A DNA stretch of 64,000 bases, taken from the human T2T-CHM13v2.0 reference genome, Homo sapiens. The DNA is taken from the NCBI RefSeq assembly GCF_009914755.1, contig NC_060928.1. One strand, 5' to 3'. Below, piece after piece: positions 58,791-64,000 of the stretch (position 1 is the first letter of the stretch; every line of letters begins with the position of its first letter). Both the position numbers and the translations under genes were made by a program. The notes under the pieces are model-generated. The model was not told the DNA's origin and did not search any database. It was given only the letters and a program-made list of their open reading frames with translations.

Positions 58791-61700
58791 TATTTACAGT
58801 GTATATAAAAAATAATTTAGAGGAATGCATCCAGAAACCAAATTGAGCTTGAAAAGTACCACCTCACATGACTGCAGGGACAGCTGGTTATTGTCTTAGG
58901 ATATATTTGCATTTTGAAGTGAACTTTAGTGACATTACAAAATGCCAGATTGGAAAAACAGCCATTATTTAAAAAAAAAAACAAAATATAATTAGCACCA
59001 GATGAATGAGTTTTCTCATAATCACCTCATTATTACAAATTAATTCCAAATGAATATGTTTGAACAAGGCATTGGTTTTGAATCTTTAATTTATCTCCTC
59101 CTTAGCCTTGCTGCTGACAAATCATAAATAGATATAATTAATGAAAATGTTAATAGTGCCGGTCTCCAGAATATCTCTAGATCACTGACCTTCTGATTGG
59201 TGGAAAAAACCTTTGGAGAATGATCTTTACAGGATTCCATGGCAGTGAGTTAATCTATTTTTCTCTACACGGGGGCAGCAGACGAGGTGAGTTTCTTCCT
59301 CTGTCATTTGTAGGATCTACTGTTATTCTCTGGAGAGCTATTGTGTCAGAACAGATTTGGATTATTTTTTAAAACTACTGCTACCTAGAGGGTAATTTTA
59401 TTAAATTCCTTTATCATTTGGATTAAATACAGCAAAATGAAACCAACTCCTCCTGCTCAGAGGAGCTGTCACCACAATCTTTAATATTTTCTTAGCATTA
59501 TTTCCTTTAAAGTATGCTTTGGGACAATTAATAATGACTAATACTTAAATTTTCACTATGAGTAAAAGCTTTTTGGTAAACATTTATTATATATTCCATG
59601 TCTCCCTTTTATTCTCTAATTATTTCACCTATTCACCTAATTATTTTGTAGCTCAAGTGTATAATTTAAATGATGTAGAAATATAGAGATCAAAATTAAT
59701 ACAAATACATTTATATAGTGATGTGTTACATGTTATATTTGTCACAAATATAGCATATATTTGTTTGTCTAGTACATATATAGTATATACAGTACATATA
59801 TATATTACATACGTATAGTACATATTTGTGTAGTACACAGGTATAGTGCATATATATATATATTTGTCACATATATAGAAGTCCTGTGTCTTCCTTTTAG
59901 GTAACACGGGAGAATGAATGTAAGTTTTTGTTTTCGGTCCAAGAATGACACAGATTTTTTTGTTTGTTTAGTTAGTTTTCTTTAGGATCTAGATCCCCCA
60001 GAGGTAAACACTAAATATAAAACCAGGAATTAGAAGCTGGCCTTGGGTTCTGCAGTTCTAGGCATGGCGTTAACGTTTTTCTTAAAACTTAAGGCCCAGA
60101 CTACACAAGGAATCTTCCCGCCTGCACTCCCCTGCCAGCTCAGCTACTTCCCTACTCCTGCGCCAACTCAACCGTAACAGTAGCTGAGACGAAAGCATTG
60201 CTCTGAAGTAAGGTGTAGGGAAGCTTTCTGGCTTCCTTAATAAAGTTACACACGATCTTCTAAGCTTGGCGATGGAGGGAGAAGGCACATGGGAGGGTCT
60301 TCACCGATCCTCTGGCCCTGACTCTGCCTACCCTTCATTCATTCACCTGCACCTCTGGGGGCTCTGGGCGGTGACCACTGCCACTATTGGGCTAGCTAGT
60401 GGTGGGGGCACTGCTCCCCTTAATGCTCTGGCCCCTAGGGGAGACACAAAATATTGTTTTAAATTTCCAGTAGTGTAGCTCATGGCAGGCTGAGGCACTT
60501 ACACAAAAGGGTGCTGGAGGCTTTAGGGTAACACAGTAGAAATCATCAAAGGGAGAATATGCGGTAGACAATTTAGGCTCTTCAACATAACTTGCTTGAT
60601 CTCCAGAGGCCCCAAACTCTGCTCATGCCAGGCTTTGCACATGCCGTTTCCTCTGCTTGGACTGGTCTTCCCCATCATTGCCTGGCTATTTTCTTCTCAA
60701 TTACTAGATTTCACAGTAGGGGTTCCGCCTTCTTGATTCCCCCGGCCTGGGTTATATAGGTTTGTCCTAGATAGTGCGGTGGCCCCACATATGCCTCCTC
60801 ATCAACCTGTTTTACAGTTGTTTATCCTGTTAGGCCATAAGCTCAGTGGCACCAGGGACCTTCTCTGTCTCTCTCAGCACTGTATTCTCATCAGCTTGGA
60901 CAGTGCCTGGCACACAGTGGGGACTCAGAAAATATTTTCGAATGTGTCAATGAGTCCATGAATGAATGGCATTTGGTAAAAAAGAGAATTCTGACCTCCA
61001 GCTTCTCTTTATCCTATGAGAGGCTTTCTTCACTGTAATCTTGCAGGACTGGAGTTAGGTTTTATTTAGAAAGCTGGCAGGTTTATTTACAAAAGATGCA
61101 AATAAACCACTGGGCTTAGGGGACAGAAAGAAAGAGCCATTTTCTTAGACTAGAAAATAATATGGAATGGATTAGGGGGCGGAAGAAGGAATGGGTGAGT
61201 GGGGTGGAGGAATGGCAGCAGATAGGATGTTGATGGTTATAAAAATTGGGAAACTGTCCAATTCTCCTTAGTTTAGACTTTAAAAAAATGAGTAAATTTC
61301 CTAGAAGTCAAGTGTAGCCATATGAAAATATTTGGACTAAGTTAAATATAATTCCTTTGGTATTATTGAATTGCCTTTGACTTGGAGACAGAGCTATTCA
61401 TTATAGAGCAGTTTCTAAGAGCCTGGGCTTCACAGAGATTATCTCTTTTCATTCAACGATGTAATGAAGTAGGAATTATACTTCTATTTTACAGATGAAG
61501 AAATAGACTCAGAGAGTTTAATTGACTTTAGGATTGTAAAACTACAAACAGTAGAACTGGCAGCCATTCATTCATTCCACAAATATTTATTGGCAGTATT
61601 TTTTTTTTATCATTAGCTTTGTCTTTTTTGATGGTAGAAAATGCATTTCATTTAGAACTATGATTTTAGCCCAGAGAAAGTGATGTAGAAAAAAGCACTA

Positions 61701-64000
61701 AGTTAACTAGATCATATCAGTATAAATGTGAAGCCTCACCATTTTACTCATCCAAAAGTGTCTAGGGCCTTAAGTTCACTTCCTTTTATTACAACTTTAA
61801 TATTTTGTCTGTCTTAAAAAAAAAAAAAAACATTAAATCTCCAGCCCCTGGAATCGTGCTTGGAACATGGTGGGTACTTAATAAATAATTTGTAGTGAAT
61901 GAGAAAATTGAGAACCATTAGTCATTTTCTATTCAGTATTAACAAAGTCTGACTTACTTTTTTGTTTCTGTTCTGTGTGGGCACATTTCACTGAGTGCAA
62001 CTTATGAAGGACCTCAAGATCAAATTCATGTCGTACTCTTGGAATTGAATTCTGACAGGGGGACTGAGAGTTTTTTGTCCTCTAAGCCTTCATTCTAAGA
62101 CAGATGACACCAATGTAGGTAGTTATTCAGAATAATGGACTCAGGAATTTAATAAGGGTGTTGTTTAAAACGCAAATATCACCAACCAGTGGTAAAGCAA
62201 ACACATTCTATGTGAATGAGTACAGCCCACTGATTGACATTCAAGATCCATTGGAAAAATCAGGAGACACAAGAGTGGGAAGAGTGCAGATTGGAGCAGC
62301 TATCCAAAAATACAGAAGGCCAGAAGGTGGTGAGAAAAATGTCAGACAACAGATTGTGGAGAAAAATAAACAAGCCAAGAAAAGTCCTATTTGGCCTTAA
62401 GAGGCAGATGGTGACAGGAAGTGTTCAGTGAGGAGTGATTGTGCTGAAAATCACAAAGTCTATAAAATTATCCATCTGTAGTTTGAGGTTTTTGGGGAAA
62501 ATTAAAACTCTTTGCTAGCATTACAGGGAAGGGTGATAGCACACAAACAGAATATTAAGTAAGTGTGTATTTGTGTCAGGATAATAGAAATGAGAGATGC
62601 GTTATTCCATTAGAATAGAAGTTTTGTTTACTTAGAGATTGTGACCAAAATTATAAAACGTGTTTTGTTTTGCATAAAAGCAGTTGAACTTGTATTAAAT
62701 CTGTTCTTTCCACATTTTTGATGTAAGAAAGAATTCTCCCAAGAATGTTAATAGGTTGCTAAGGTAGCAATGATAATTTTCTAACTGAAGGAATGTACTA
62801 AACATTTTTTTCCATTAGAGAGTTTTTTTGGAATGGGATATAGAAAATGACAAATCACAATGCTAACTTTAAAGCAAAGAATTTTAATTTGAAAGTTGAG
62901 AAAATATAGCAGGGAAAACTAATCATTTGGAATAGTATGAGATAATTTGAAAAAAATATTATAAATATTTTAAGATAGATGTGGTTGAACATTTAGAATT
63001 GGGAATCATTTTTTGATAGTTTGGGACCTAGTTTTCTGTGCTTAAATTTTAATTCAGTACTACTTACTCCATGGTCTTCTGGTGGTGTGCAACTTGAGGA
63101 ATCAAATAAGCCAGGGTTTTTACAACTCTTTTCTAGGTCATTAAAGCATTTCTGCTATGTGCCTGAATATGTCTTTGATTTCATGCATAAGAAATATTAG
63201 ATGCTTCATTCTCCTTCTTTAGAAGAAATACTAACTGAATATGTTGGATTCTTCTCTATTTTTATTGTTTCTCTCTTAGATTTTTAACCACAGTTGCTCA
63301 AGTCTAAGTTTTGTATTTTAAGTTTAGACGTGTAAAGTAAAAGGCTGGGAGCTGAGTGTGTGGTGATGCTTCCTCCTTTTCCCTTGAGAACTGAAGGCAA
63401 AAAATTAAATTTATTATAAAAATTTGTTTTACTTTTAAAGATGTGATTTTCCAGACAGAGAAACAAACTCATGTATCGGTGTATTTTTTAATGAATTAGA
63501 AGCATGAAATCTAGGTACTTTATGTATGTCATTTTATTTAATCCTCAAAATAATGTTTTAAAATAGTTATTATTTTCATTCTCATTTTATAATTGGGGAA
63601 ATGTAAGATCATCAAAACCAAGTTTCAGTTTCCTAAAGTCACACACCTAATAGCAGAGTCAGGATTTGAACTCAATTCCGTGTCTTTCAATGGCAGAAGG
63701 GGTTTTGCACATTAGATTACATAAGCCATTGTCCATTGACTCCTTGTCCTTTGCACTTGTCCAAGAGTGGTCCCCAGGCACAAACATGCATGTGAAGAAA
63801 GCTCCAGAGGAGATTCTGATTCAAATCTCCAGTTGGGAACTACTACATCAAACATTTCAAAAATCAATCAACCAACCAATCAACCCAGCCTTTATTGTAT
63901 GGTGGTAGTTAAAAATCTAAACTCTATTTTCTGCAAGTTGCTAGCCAATTGAACCAAACTTCTTCACTGGATAATATTTTTAAACATAGATTTAGAATGC

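Overview
This is human (or great-ape) genomic DNA, not prokaryotic. The window covers the 5' end of CPE (carboxypeptidase E, + strand). It contains about 23 kb of repeat-rich upstream sequence, a CpG-island promoter, coding exon 1 (23212-23518: signal peptide, penta-Arg pro-site, start of the mature enzyme) and the first ~40 kb of intron 1; exon 2 is not in the window. Intron 1 holds a full-length, disabled HADHA processed pseudogene on the minus strand (47716-50429, 15-bp TSD, poly-A tail) and a short Y3 RNA retrocopy. The rest is Alu, L1, L2, MIR, LTR and DNA-transposon relics and microsatellites; nearly all listed ORFs are spurious. I found no new gene system. The most interesting unexplained structures are: (i) a near-perfect 54-bp tandem repeat in intron 1 with an AGGTCA-nn-AGGTCA (DR2) element in every unit; (ii) a complex scar at 36.07-36.89 kb with 147-bp inverted arms, hairpins and a 45-bp copy of sequence from 2.9 kb downstream; (iii) an RFX/NEUROD/PBX motif cluster; (iv) twin TGACGTGG motifs in the promoter; (v) a cryptic splice acceptor formed by the pseudogene tail. 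Repeat subfamily names and parent-gene comparisons come from memory, not database searches.
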